From: Minisyncoccia bacterium
GTDB taxonomy: Bacteria > Patescibacteriota > Minisyncoccia > Phycocordibacterales > PALSA-1337
Direction of reading: 5' to 3'
Length of the DNA stretch: 64,000 nucleotides
Assembly (NCBI GenBank): GCA_049997795.1
Contig: JBEKVT010000001.1
Span: 173,222-237,221 of the forward strand
The position numbers and the translations under genes are program-made. Below are positions 19,668 to 29,258 of the stretch, piece after piece (the first letter of the stretch is position 1; the number at the start of each line of letters is the position of its first letter). The notes beneath the pieces were generated by a model. The model saw nothing but the letters and a program-made list of their open reading frames with translations. It had not been told where the DNA came from and did not search any database.

Positions 19668-20031
19668 CATGAATAAGAAAGACACTGAACGGTTCAGGGC
19701 GATCCTCTTCGCCGAGAAAGCGCAGCTCGAAGAGGAGCTCGCCGGCGTCGGCAAGCGCGACCGCCAGAATCCAGACGGATGGGACGCCACGAGCGGCGGC
19801 ATGGACATCGATTCGGCCGATGAGAACGAGGTGGCGGACAAGCTCGAGGAGCTGGAAGACAACAGCGGCATCATCACCAAGCTCGAAAGCCAGCTGAACG
19901 AGGTCACGGCCGCCCTTGGCCGCATCGAAAAGGGCACGTACGGGACATGCGAGGTCTGCGGGAAGCCGATCGAGATGGAGCGGCTGGAAGCCAACCCGTC
20001 CGCCAGAGCGTCCATAAAACACGGCCATTAG
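19668..20031 (+). CDS. DksA/TraR-family C4 zinc-finger protein
   Basis: 120 aa with coiled-coil and CEVCGKPIEMERLEANP motif (CxxC-x17-CxxC type). Confidence 0.7.
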
Positions 20032-20033
20032 AA

Positions 20034-20056
20034 AACCGGGGAAGACCCGGTTTTTT
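20034..20056 (+). terminator. Rho-independent terminator after the dksA-like gene
   Basis: AACCGGG-gaaga-CCCGGTT followed by TTTTTT. Confidence 0.7.
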
Positions 20057-20137
20057 CGCGGAAATTTGAATGTTTCTTCATGAAAAATTGAACTTTTCTT
20101 GAAGATAATTTTAATCGCTGGGCGCTAGGATGCGCAG

Positions 20138-21670
20138 ATGAGCATCGCCAAATGCTACAGCGCCCATCTGGTCGGCCTCTCCGCCGAGATCATAGCCGTC
20201 GAGGTGGATATCTCGAACGGCCTGAATGCTCTCGCCATCGTCGGTCTCGGCGACCGGGCCGTCACGGAGGCCGGCGACCGGGTCTCGGCGGCCATCAAGA
20301 ATTCCGGCTATGTCTCGCCGAGACAGAAGAACCAGAAGGTCATCGTCTCTTTGGCGCCGGCCGATGTGCGCAAGGAAGGTCCGGCTTTCGATCTGTCCAT
20401 CGCTCTTTCGTATCTCCTAGCGGCCGGCGACATAGAATTCGACCCGGAAAAAATCCTCTTCCTCGGCGAGCTTTCGCTCGAGGGGCGGGTCAGGAAAGTG
20501 GCCGGCGTGCTGCCGATCCTGTGTCAGGCTCCAGGGCGCGGTTTCACAAGGGCTTTCGTGCCGAGCGAGAACGCTGAGGAAGCTTCGCTCGCCGGAGGCA
20601 TAACCGCCTATGCCGTATCGTCTCTTTGCGAGGCCGTCTCGTTCCTCTCCGGCGACAAGGAACTGAAACCTGTCAAATCGTCCGATATCTTCCGGCGCCG
20701 GGACCGCGGCGCGCCGGAGAATCTCGACATGAGGTCGATTCGCGGCAATGAAACCGCCAAACGCGGCCTCATGATAGCCGCTGCCGGCGCCCATAACGTT
20801 CTCCTGTACGGACCGCCCGGCACCGGCAAGACTATGCTGGCACGGAGCTTCCCGTCGATCCTGCCGCCATTATCGCGCGAAGAAGCGATCGAGGTCACGG
20901 GCATCCATTCGGCGGCGAGGGCTCTAGCCGGCGCCCTCATTCTCGATCCGCCGTTCCGGTCGCCGCACCATACGGCGTCTTATCCTGCCGTAGTCGGCGG
21001 CGGTTCATTCCCCAAGCCCGGCGAGATAACCTTGGCTCACCGGGGAGTGCTTTTCCTGGACGAATTGCCGGAATTCGACAGGAGCGTCCTCGAGGCCCTG
21101 CGCCAGCCTTTGGAAGAGAGGACGATCACCATCTCCAGGGCTCGCGGCTCCGTCGCCTTTCCGGCGCAATGCATCCTCATCGCCTCCATGAACCCGTGCC
21201 CCTGCGGCAAGCCCCGGGACAATGGCTGCACCTGCAGCGCGAAAGACCTCCGGTCTTACCGGCGGCGCGTCTCGGGGCCGATCATGGATCGCCTGGACAT
21301 CTGGGTGAACGTGAACAAGGTCGACTACGACAAGCTGGCCGCCAGGACGGCGGACGCCGAGCCGTCGACGGCCATCCGTGCCAAGGTCGTGGCGGCGCGA
21401 GCCATTCAGGAGGAACGATTCAGACGGCACGGCATCGACAAAAGATGCAACGGGGAGATGGACGCGACTGACATCGAGCGGCTCGTCGTCATGGAAGAGG
21501 ACGTCCGCCGGACCATGGCGGAGGCGGCCAAAAAGCTGTCGTTATCGGGACGGGCCTTCCATCACGTCATCAAGGTCGCCCGCACCATAGCGGACTTGTC
21601 GGATGAAGAAGCGCTGAAAGGGCCTCACATCCTTGAGGCCCTGCAGTACAGACAAAAGATCGCGGAATGA
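20138..21670 (+). CDS. comM: ComM/YifB family Mg-chelatase-like AAA+ ATPase
   Basis: N-terminal Lon-protease-like domain, Walker A GPPGTGKTMLA, Walker B VLFLDELPEF, C-terminal Mg-chelatase ChlI region. Confidence 0.85.
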   Translation: MSIAKCYSAHLVGLSAEIIAVEVDISNGLNALAIVGLGDRAVTEAGDRVSAAIKNSGYVSPRQKNQKVIVSLAPADVRKEGPAFDLSIALSYLLAAGDIEFDPEKILFLGELSLEGRVRKVAGVLPILCQAPGRGFTRAFVPSENAEEASLAGGITAYAVSSLCEAVSFLSGDKELKPVKSSDIFRRRDRGAPENLDMRSIRGNETAKRGLMIAAAGAHNVLLYGPPGTGKTMLARSFPSILPPLSREEAIEVTGIHSAARALAGALILDPPFRSPHHTASYPAVVGGGSFPKPGEITLAHRGVLFLDELPEFDRSVLEALRQPLEERTITISRARGSVAFPAQCILIASMNPCPCGKPRDNGCTCSAKDLRSYRRRVSGPIMDRLDIWVNVNKVDYDKLAARTADAEPSTAIRAKVVAARAIQEERFRRHGIDKRCNGEMDATDIERLVVMEEDVRRTMAEAAKKLSLSGRAFHHVIKVARTIADLSDEEALKGPHILEALQYRQKIAE

Positions 21671-21719
21671 GCGCCTTAACGGCACATCGCCGGAATGAGC
21701 GCCTTAACGGCACATCGCC
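21664..21719. repeat. perfect tandem duplication of a 28-bp unit (2 copies)
   Basis: GGAATGAGCGCCTTAACGGCACATCGCC repeated head-to-tail; copy 1 contains the comM stop, copy 2 the M23 peptidase stop. Confidence 0.8.
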
Positions 21720-22849
21720 GGATCGACGAACGGGTTGAAGGCCCCGCGGATCTCGAAATGGACATGGGGGCCGGTGGTCATGCCGGTCATGCCGATCCAG
21801 CCGATCGTCTCTCCTTGAGCCACTTCCTGGCCGACGCTGACAGCGGTCCTCGACATGTGCGCGTACAGCGTCTCGACCCCGTTCGGGTGCGAGATCATCA
21901 TGAAGTTGCCGTAACCGCCGTTCCACAGCCCGTTGGATTTGTTGACAATGACGATGCCTGACGCCGAAGCTTGAATGGGGGTGCCGTAGGCGATGGCTAG
22001 GTCGACGGCATTGTGGCCGTGCAAGCCCTGGCTCAAACGCGCGCCCGGCACCGGACAGACGAAATAGCCAGGATAAGACGGCCAGTTCCAGACGGCGTCG
22101 AGGAGCGGCTCGAAAGAAGGCACTCCAGATTTCTGGCGCGACAGCGACAAGAAATACACAGCCTCGCTCGCCGACGGCTTGCCATGAGGGATGATGAGCT
22201 GCTCTCCGGCAGCGATGGTGGACGAGGCCGTCGAAAGGCCGTTGTAAGCCGTGATGTCATCTAGGCTGATATTGTATTTTTTAGAGATCTTCTGGAGTGA
22301 ATCGTTCGACTGGACCGTGTAGAGCACGCCGGAAACTGGCAGGATGATCAGGCTCTGCCCGGGTCTGATGGTGTTCCCGGAGAGGTGGTTAGCCTGTCTT
22401 ATGGTGTCGACCGAGATGTCGAACATGTCCGCGATCCCCGAGAGAGTGTCGTCCTCTTGCACCACATACGTGCTGATCTGGGTATTCGGCGGCTCGATGT
22501 TGGATGCGCTGTCGTAGACGGCCAAATCGGCAGACAGAGCCAGGCCGTCGCCGGAAACGGGCATCGTCGACGATGCCCACAGGTCTGCTAGAGAGTAGGG
22601 GTTCGCCGGCCCATGGAGGACATCTATGGTAGCCGACGTCAGATAATCCGAGCCGATACGGGAAGAGCCCGTGCTCGCCGAGACCGGAGCTCCGGAGAAT
22701 GACGAGAACAAGGACGAAAGAAGGCCGGCATGAACGGTCTTCGAGAAAATGAGAGCGGCAGACAAGCAGATGACGGCAAGAATCGCAACCGGGGCGAGGC
22801 GCTTAAAAGAAAAAGGATATTGATTTTTGCCTGACGGATTTGATTGCAT
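21704..22849 (-). CDS. LysM-domain M23 family metallopeptidase (peptidoglycan endopeptidase)
   Basis: two LysM repeats (YVVQEDDTLSGIADMF..., YTVQSNDSLQKISKKY...) and C-terminal M23 motifs HNAVDLA ... GPHVHFEIR; start placed at the internal Met giving a signal anchor (MQSNPSGKNQ...), because the longer ORF would overlap uvrD. Confidence 0.8.
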   Translation of the reverse strand: MQSNPSGKNQYPFSFKRLAPVAILAVICLSAALIFSKTVHAGLLSSLFSSFSGAPVSASTGSSRIGSDYLTSATIDVLHGPANPYSLADLWASSTMPVSGDGLALSADLAVYDSASNIEPPNTQISTYVVQEDDTLSGIADMFDISVDTIRQANHLSGNTIRPGQSLIILPVSGVLYTVQSNDSLQKISKKYNISLDDITAYNGLSTASSTIAAGEQLIIPHGKPSASEAVYFLSLSRQKSGVPSFEPLLDAVWNWPSYPGYFVCPVPGARLSQGLHGHNAVDLAIAYGTPIQASASGIVIVNKSNGLWNGGYGNFMMISHPNGVETLYAHMSRTAVSVGQEVAQGETIGWIGMTGMTTGPHVHFEIRGAFNPFVDPAMCR

Positions 22850-23041
22850 AGTGGACGTGCCAGCTCCGACGTACAACCGCAGATATCGCGCCGTCATTCC
22901 GAAATCCAAACCCCATGAAATAATGGCTCCGCAGAGCCAATCTCTCGCATTCATCGGGTGGATGTGCCTTTTCAGGATAGCAGGGTTGGCCTGAGTGTCA
23001 ATCGCCGCTGTGCATAAGATGTTAATGGTAAGATAGCTCTT

Positions 23042-24970
23042 ATGACGACGCTGAACGAGGCGCAGAAGCGGGCCGTCCAGACGACGGCCGGACCCGTTCT
23101 TATCGTGGCCGGCGCCGGTTCCGGCAAGACGCGCGTCATCGCCCATCGGATCCTTAACCTCATCAAAAAAGGCGTCCCTCCGAGTTCGATCTTGGCTATA
23201 ACTTTCACCAACAAGGCGGCGAAGGAGATGCGCGGGAGGGTCCAGGCCCTTATCGAGAGCGACAAGACGCTGAATCTTCCGGTCTCGATCGCCGAACAGC
23301 CGTTCGTCGGGACTTTCCACGCCCTCGGCGCCCGGATCATCAGAGAGAACGCACGGACCATCGGTCTCGACCGTCATTTCACCATCTATGACCGCGCCGA
23401 TTCGAGAAGGGCAGTGAGGAATGCGATGCTCCAAGCGGGTATCGATCCGAAGAGATACGAGCCGGGGGCACTATTGGACATCATCTCCAGGGCCAAAGGC
23501 GACGGGCGCGGCGCAGCCGGATTCAAGGAGACGGCCGAAGGCTTCGTCGAGGAGACTGCCGCGGACATCTGGGAGAGATATGACGCCGTCCTGGCGGCGG
23601 AGAAGGCGCTGGATTTCGACGACTTGCTCTTGAAGGCGAGGGACCTCTTAGATCGTCCTGAGGTCAAGGCCCGTTATAACTCGACTTGGAGATATATACA
23701 TGTCGACGAATATCAGGACACGAATCGGGTGCAATATGAGATCGTCCGCCGTCTCGCCGGCCCTGGCCGCGACGTCTGCGTGGTCGGCGACCCGGATCAG
23801 AATATATACAGCTGGCGCGGGGCGACGATCGAGAACGTCATGCGCTTCGAAGAGGATTACCCTGACGCGGCCCTGATCGCCCTGGAGAAGAACTACCGCT
23901 CCACCAAGACCATCCTGGCGGCAGCCAATGGAGTCATTGAGAAAAACCTGAGGCGCAAGAAGAAGACCCTGCATACCGACAACCCGGTCGGCGAGAAGAT
24001 CGCTCTGCTTCGGTCTTATACGGAGAATGACGAGGCCCGGGCCATCGCCGATTCAGCGTCGGATCTCATCGGGTCGGGCGTGCCGCCGAAGGAGATAGCC
24101 GTCCTATATCGCACGAATTTCCAATCGCGCGTCATCGAGGAGGCCTTCATCAGGAAAGGCCTCCCATATCAGCTCGTCGGCGTGAGGTTCTTCGAACGCA
24201 AAGAGGTTAAAGACGTCCTGTCTTACATACGAGCCGCCCTGAACAGGGAAAGCAGGGGCGATATCGCCCGCATCCTGAACGTGCCGCCGCGCGGCATCGG
24301 AAGAGCCACGGCGGCGAAGGTCGTCTCCGGCGCGGAAGGCTCTCTCTCGGAAGCGACGAGAAAAAGGGTCGCCGATTTCTGGCATCTTTTGGACGACATC
24401 CGCGCGGAAATCGTAGAGAAAAAGCCGTCCGAGACCGTGAGGTTCGTCATCCGGGAAACCGGCATAGAGAAGGCCTTGCTCGAAGACGAGCATGACGAGG
24501 AGAAGCTGCTCAATATCCAGGAATTGGTCTCTGTGGCATCTCAGTACGACTCGCTGAGGCCGGGGGATGGCATTGAGGCACTCCTGGAGAACTCCGCGCT
24601 CGCCACGGACCAGGACGAATTGGAAGAAAGTGTGGACGCGGTCAGGCTGATGACCGTCCATGCCTCGAAGGGCTTGGAATTCGACCATGTCTTCATCGCC
24701 GGCCTGGAACAGGACCTGTTCCCGTTCAAGCACATAGACGGAAAAGAGACGGGTCAGGATGAAACGGAAGAGGAAAGGCGGCTGTTCTACGTGGCCCTGA
24801 CTAGGGCGCGTAAAAAGGCTCATCTGAGCTACGCCATGATCCGGAAGACATACGGAGCGGAAAGGATCAATACGCCTTCGGAGTTCATCGACGACATAGA
24901 AAAGGTATTGATCGAGGAGCATGCCCCGGAGAGGCCGACGGGGATGAGGGCCGTCTTCATAGATTTCTAG
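23042..24970 (+). CDS. uvrD: UvrD/PcrA-type ATP-dependent DNA helicase
   Basis: helicase motif I AGAGSGKTRVIAHRI, motif II VDEYQDTN, motif VI VALTRARK. Confidence 0.9.
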   Translation: MTTLNEAQKRAVQTTAGPVLIVAGAGSGKTRVIAHRILNLIKKGVPPSSILAITFTNKAAKEMRGRVQALIESDKTLNLPVSIAEQPFVGTFHALGARIIRENARTIGLDRHFTIYDRADSRRAVRNAMLQAGIDPKRYEPGALLDIISRAKGDGRGAAGFKETAEGFVEETAADIWERYDAVLAAEKALDFDDLLLKARDLLDRPEVKARYNSTWRYIHVDEYQDTNRVQYEIVRRLAGPGRDVCVVGDPDQNIYSWRGATIENVMRFEEDYPDAALIALEKNYRSTKTILAAANGVIEKNLRRKKKTLHTDNPVGEKIALLRSYTENDEARAIADSASDLIGSGVPPKEIAVLYRTNFQSRVIEEAFIRKGLPYQLVGVRFFERKEVKDVLSYIRAALNRESRGDIARILNVPPRGIGRATAAKVVSGAEGSLSEATRKRVADFWHLLDDIRAEIVEKKPSETVRFVIRETGIEKALLEDEHDEEKLLNIQELVSVASQYDSLRPGDGIEALLENSALATDQDELEESVDAVRLMTVHASKGLEFDHVFIAGLEQDLFPFKHIDGKETGQDETEEERRLFYVALTRARKKAHLSYAMIRKTYGAERINTPSEFIDDIEKVLIEEHAPERPTGMRAVFIDF

Positions 24971-24978
24971 CTTGATGT

Positions 24979-25803
24979 ATGATGGCCGTGATGGATGTCA
25001 GACCGAAAAAGTCGCTCGGCCAGCATTTCCTGAATTCGCCGGCCGCGATCGCGAAGATAGTCGAAGCTGCCAGAATAGTGCCGGGTGAAACCGTCTTAGA
25101 GATAGGCCCGGGTACCGGAGTTTTGACGGATGCCTTGCTTAAGGCCGGGGCACGAGTCGTCGCTGTGGAAAAAGATGTTCGCTCTTTCGAATTCCTGAAA
25201 GAAAGATTCTCAAAAAATATTGCTGACGGGGCATTGGCCCTGCATCAGACAGACATTTTAAAAACGGATCGCACCGGCCTCGGATTGAAAGATGCCTCGT
25301 ACGCTGTGGTGGCCAATATCCCTTACTACATAACCGGCGCCATCCTCGAATCGTTCCTGGAATACGAGCCGCGGCCCGATAGGATGGTCTTGTTGGTCCA
25401 AAAAGAGGTGGCCGAACGTATCGTCGCTAAGAATAAAAAAGAGGGTGTCCTTTCTATATCGGTGAAGGCCTTCGGTACGCCTCGGATCATTTCAAAAGTC
25501 CAGCGCGGGGCTTTCACGCCACCGCCAAAGGTAGATTCGGCCATATTAGCCATCGCTGGCGTATCCGACCAGAATTTCAAGCAAAATGGCCTTGAAATAA
25601 GGCGTTTTTTTGAGGTCATCAAGGCCGGGTTCGCTCATAAAAGGAAGCTTGTAAGGCGTAATCTGGAGGGCACCGCGAGCACACCAAAAATTAGCCGCGC
25701 TTGGAAAAAATTAAGCCTGGATGAAAAACTCCGGGCTGAGGATATGACGCTTGAAGATTGGCTAGGTATCGCTAAAGAGACGCAGAACCCACCTTGGGGG
25801 TAA
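24979..25803 (+). CDS. rsmA: 16S rRNA (adenine1518/1519-N6) dimethyltransferase
   Basis: LGQHFL start motif and SAM-binding GPGTGVLT. Confidence 0.9.
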   Translation: MMAVMDVRPKKSLGQHFLNSPAAIAKIVEAARIVPGETVLEIGPGTGVLTDALLKAGARVVAVEKDVRSFEFLKERFSKNIADGALALHQTDILKTDRTGLGLKDASYAVVANIPYYITGAILESFLEYEPRPDRMVLLVQKEVAERIVAKNKKEGVLSISVKAFGTPRIISKVQRGAFTPPPKVDSAILAIAGVSDQNFKQNGLEIRRFFEVIKAGFAHKRKLVRRNLEGTASTPKISRAWKKLSLDEKLRAEDMTLEDWLGIAKETQNPPWG

Positions 25804-26764
25804 TCACTCCCTCAACCGGGGCGGGGTAACAGTAAGGTGCGACTCCCATGTAACACAGCGGAGTTGATGGAGAATACGTGCCAAGAAGCCACGGGGTTGC
25901 CGGTATGTTATACGAGAGAAACGCCTGGGAAAACGGCACATATGCTAGAGAAGCTACATATGACGGAGGTAGCGGTGATATTGTAGTCCACCATGTGGCG
26001 CTGCACGTGCAAGGAAGAGCATAGACGAGGCTGCCGCCAAACGGCACGCCCGTGAATGCCGATGCTTGTTCAGGAGTGAATATCTTACCAAGCACTGCGG
26101 TTATGTTCGTCAGTATTACAGCAAACAAAGAATCGGGCTGGTCAGACGAGATAGCTTTTTTCCCCACCAGTCCTATGAACTCATGCTTTAAATCAGTCGT
26201 TGTGGCGATCTCCTTCATGACTTGGTCCTTGATGATGGCAACGGTTTGCGGGGACATGCCCTGTTTTGCCGAGACCTTGTCTATTGTAGCCAAAAATTTG
26301 TCTAGATTGACCAAGTTAGGATTGCCTACGGCTACCGAGTCTGTTGGGAGGAAAGCCGAGGACGTGGTTGATACGACGGCCCCAACCGATGAGCCTGGCG
26401 CAGTTTCTAAACCTGAAAGTACGGCCGCGGTGGAGGGCCCAACGATCCCCGTTCCGGCGCTGAGGCTGTTCGGCATTAAGATTTCTTGTTGATATTTATC
26501 CTGGAAACGCGTGACTGCGTCTTTTGTAAGTTGTCCAAAGTAGCCTGTTTCTTGGCCGGGAGAGCCTGGGCCGGCATTCGCTATCCTGGTCGTGAGATCG
26601 TTGTTCAAAACTTCCTGCAATTGGCGGACGTCTTCACCAGATACGCCGATCCTGAGCGTCCTTGTGAAAGACAGTTCTGCCGCCATGGCTCTCTGGACGT
26701 GCGCGGCATCCAAAAGCACGCACAGGACGACTGCCGCGATGATTGTGTGTGAGATTTTCATCAT
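25772..26764 (-). CDS. secreted protein with putative peptidoglycan-binding domain
   Basis: signal peptide MMKISHTIIAAVVLCVLL; PG_binding_1-like segment LRIGVSGEDVRQLQEVLN...GYFGQLTKDAVTRFQ; 3' end overlaps the rsmA end by about 30 nt. Confidence 0.5.
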   Translation of the reverse strand: MMKISHTIIAAVVLCVLLDAAHVQRAMAAELSFTRTLRIGVSGEDVRQLQEVLNNDLTTRIANAGPGSPGQETGYFGQLTKDAVTRFQDKYQQEILMPNSLSAGTGIVGPSTAAVLSGLETAPGSSVGAVVSTTSSAFLPTDSVAVGNPNLVNLDKFLATIDKVSAKQGMSPQTVAIIKDQVMKEIATTTDLKHEFIGLVGKKAISSDQPDSLFAVILTNITAVLGKIFTPEQASAFTGVPFGGSLVYALPCTCSATWWTTISPLPPSYVASLAYVPFSQAFLSYNIPATPWLLGTYSPSTPLCYMGVAPYCYPAPVEGVITPKVGSASL

Positions 26765-26771
26765 TGGCGTG

Positions 26772-26780
26772 ATTATATCA
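26772..26780 (-). promoter_or_regulatory. extended -10 (TGaTATAAT on the minus strand) 7 nt upstream of the 26764 start
   Basis: reverse complement of attatatca; divergent partner of the 26821-26829 promoter. Confidence 0.45.
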
Positions 26781-26805
26781 TGTTCTGTTAACAACCTTGC
26801 GCCCA

Positions 26806-26821
26806 AAATACGGCCGTATTT
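26806..26821. promoter_or_regulatory. 16-bp perfect palindrome AAATACGGCCGTATTT (candidate operator)
   Basis: self-complementary 16-mer abutting the TGcTATAAT -10 of the T4SS-like operon promoter, and lying between two divergent leaderless promoters. Confidence 0.45.
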
Positions 26822-26829
26822 GCTATAAT
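26821..26829 (+). promoter_or_regulatory. extended -10 TGcTATAAT, 12 nt upstream of the ATG at 26842
   Basis: tttGCTATAATctacccggcactATG; no Shine-Dalgarno in the gap. Confidence 0.5.
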
Positions 26830-26841
26830 CTACCCGGCACT

Positions 26842-27684
26842 ATGGCCGCTTACCCGCGCAAACAGACTGTGGTGATTTTTATCCTATGTGCCCTTGCTGT
26901 CGGTGGCATAGCTTTCTACGTCTACGGAGGATTCACGGTCACCGGGACCAGCTCGGGGCGTCAGTCTGGGGTTGCAACTGCCGCGGTTCAGAATCTGTCG
27001 ACCTCTAATGTCGATTGGCAAAAACAGTTTTTGGGCGCGGCTGCAAACACAAGCGCCTTCAAGGCAACGGGGACCATGGTCGCATCCAAAAACGACGCGG
27101 GCCTGACCGCCGTCGATGACCTGGGGAGAAATTTTTTCACCAAGTATGCCGAGTTGCGCCAGTCTGGCTTGACGACCGATCCACAGACTGTGAACGATGC
27201 TATGGGACAGGTCGCCTCGCAGGCCGTTAGTGAGTTGTCCGGGCCAAAGGTCTACTCGTTGAAAGACATCGTGATTGGCGGGAACAGCAGAACTGTCACA
27301 AGCGCCTATGGCAACGCTGTGGTGTTGGTCTTCAGAGACTATATGCCCAAACAAAATGAGGCAGTGGTGGCCCAACAGGCCTTCGACGATAACGATATGA
27401 GCGAGTTAGCACAAATCAATCCGATCATTTCAAGCTACAAGGATGCGATATCGCTGCTCATTAAGATACCGACGCCACAACCGCTCGCTCAATACCACGT
27501 CAATCTGATAAATGGCTTGAGTATCGCTCTTTACAATGCCGAATCGTTCCGCCACGTAGACACCGACCCAGTGCGCGGCCTGGCGGCAGTCGGTCTGGAG
27601 ATGGTGTGGCTGAAGGATGTCTCTCTGGCGATCGCGGATATCCAAAATTACTTCATCGGTGCCGGCATCCCTTTCGGAGTATGA
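26842..27684 (+). CDS. hypothetical membrane-anchored protein, first gene of the T4SS-like operon
   Basis: N-terminal anchor QTVVIFILCALAVGGIAFYVYGG, remainder hydrophilic; start chosen at MAAYPRK (track ORF from 26797). Confidence 0.45.
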   Translation: MAAYPRKQTVVIFILCALAVGGIAFYVYGGFTVTGTSSGRQSGVATAAVQNLSTSNVDWQKQFLGAAANTSAFKATGTMVASKNDAGLTAVDDLGRNFFTKYAELRQSGLTTDPQTVNDAMGQVASQAVSELSGPKVYSLKDIVIGGNSRTVTSAYGNAVVLVFRDYMPKQNEAVVAQQAFDDNDMSELAQINPIISSYKDAISLLIKIPTPQPLAQYHVNLINGLSIALYNAESFRHVDTDPVRGLAAVGLEMVWLKDVSLAIADIQNYFIGAGIPFGV

Positions 27685-27696
27685 TCATAAGATAAG

Positions 27697-29253
27697 ATGA
27701 CCACTTCACTTCAAAGACACAGCAATAAGACAAAAGGCATTCTTGTGCTGATACTCGCCGTGGTCTTTCTATTCTATGGAGCGAGAGAGAACCAGGTCAG
27801 CGCCCAAGTGAAAGAGAATCCAGCCACCGTTCCTATCGGCACCGGCTGGGATCCGAATTCAATCATGGCCGACATGAAAAACTTCATCCTGGACAAGCTT
27901 GCTTCCACGGTCGCCAAACAGATTCTTCAACAAATGACCGTCGCCACCATCAATTGGATCAATTCCGGTTTCAACGGCAGCCCGGCCTTCCTGACCAATC
28001 CGGAAGGATTCTTCCTGGATACCGCCGACCAGATCACGGGAGCGATGATAGCCGAGAGCGGGCCGCTCCAAAAGCTCTGTTCGCCGTGGAACGTAGACAT
28101 CAGGCTGTCGCTGGCCCTCCTGCAGACCCAGCCCTTGTCTCAACGTTACATATGCACTCTGAGCACTGTCATCAACAATGCCAGCAACGCGACGATAGGC
28201 GGCCACAGCATCCAAGGCTTCGTGAGGGGAGATTTCTCTCAGGGCGGCTGGCCGGCCTTCATATCCATGACAACCGAGCCGCAGAATAATCCTTACGGGA
28301 TCTATCTCCAGGCCCATAGCGACATCTTGAGCGCCGTCGGAGCGAAACAGTCGTTCATCAACCAAGATCTGTTACAAGGTCACGGGTTCTTGTCATGGAA
28401 GAGCTGTAAGAACGTGCAGGTCTCGGCTCTGGACGCCAATCAAGCTATTTTTGGCAGCGCGTCCGTGCTCGGCAGTTCCGGCAACACCAGCGACAACAAC
28501 GGGTCGGTATTGCAGACCGTCCAACAGTGCGAGACCGAGACTCCAGGTTCCGTCATAGAGAACTCCCTTGCCGAGCACCTCGGCACCGGCGTAAGGGAGC
28601 TCGAGCTGGCCAACGACATAAATTCCGTCGTCAACGCCCTGGTCTCGCAGCTAGTCAGCCAGATGCTGACCAAAGGCCTGCGCTCTCTGAGTGCTGGCGG
28701 TTCCGGCCTAAGCGGCAACGGCTTGAGCAGCCTGAATTCATACACTTCCCAGTTACAAGCTGACGCCACGGCGCAAAAAAGCGTGCCGAATGTGGCGTCG
28801 ACTGGGTTCGGCTCGTCGTCTTCGGCCGAGTCGACATATGACCAGGCGATTGGCCTCATCACCGATAGCAAGGACCGCTACGAGACCGCTCGGTCGTGTT
28901 TCACCAACAAGCCAGATTACGCGGCCGCTCCCAGCGCATATAGCGCGGTCCTTGCCATAGACAACACCGTAGAGACCAGCATCGATCCCCTTCTCACGAA
29001 CCTCGCGGCCAAACGAGCAAGCGTCGCCAGCGCCCCAGAGAGCCCGGCCACCCTGAGCGTCTCCGCTACGACCGACATCGGCCAGCTGGTCGAATCCCAA
29101 ACGCAGATCGTCAACGACGCAGTCTCGCAAGGCCAAGCGAGCTCCGACCAGGCGGCGGCAGCGGCGACGGATCTGGAAAATGCCCAGACCCAAGCCCAGG
29201 CGTTCAACCAGGACGCTGCCAGATACCAGTCTGAATGCGATTCCATGCAATAA
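27697..29253 (+). CDS. hypothetical large secreted protein
   Basis: 518 aa, signal peptide GILVLILAVVFLFYGARENQVSAQ; Ser/Thr/Gln/Ala-rich; no identifiable catalytic motif. Confidence 0.45.
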   Translation: MTTSLQRHSNKTKGILVLILAVVFLFYGARENQVSAQVKENPATVPIGTGWDPNSIMADMKNFILDKLASTVAKQILQQMTVATINWINSGFNGSPAFLTNPEGFFLDTADQITGAMIAESGPLQKLCSPWNVDIRLSLALLQTQPLSQRYICTLSTVINNASNATIGGHSIQGFVRGDFSQGGWPAFISMTTEPQNNPYGIYLQAHSDILSAVGAKQSFINQDLLQGHGFLSWKSCKNVQVSALDANQAIFGSASVLGSSGNTSDNNGSVLQTVQQCETETPGSVIENSLAEHLGTGVRELELANDINSVVNALVSQLVSQMLTKGLRSLSAGGSGLSGNGLSSLNSYTSQLQADATAQKSVPNVASTGFGSSSSAESTYDQAIGLITDSKDRYETARSCFTNKPDYAAAPSAYSAVLAIDNTVETSIDPLLTNLAAKRASVASAPESPATLSVSATTDIGQLVESQTQIVNDAVSQGQASSDQAAAAATDLENAQTQAQAFNQDAARYQSECDSMQ

Positions 29254-29258
29254 AGCCG

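Noticed and set aside
21664-21719. Possible CRISPR repeat
   Set aside because: There are only two directly abutting copies with no spacers, and no cas genes in the window.
22850-23434. N-terminal 195-codon extension of the M23 peptidase ORF
   Set aside because: It would overlap the uvrD start region on the opposite strand. An internal Met begins a typical signal anchor (MQSNPSGKNQ...ILAVICLSAALIF), so that is the more plausible start.
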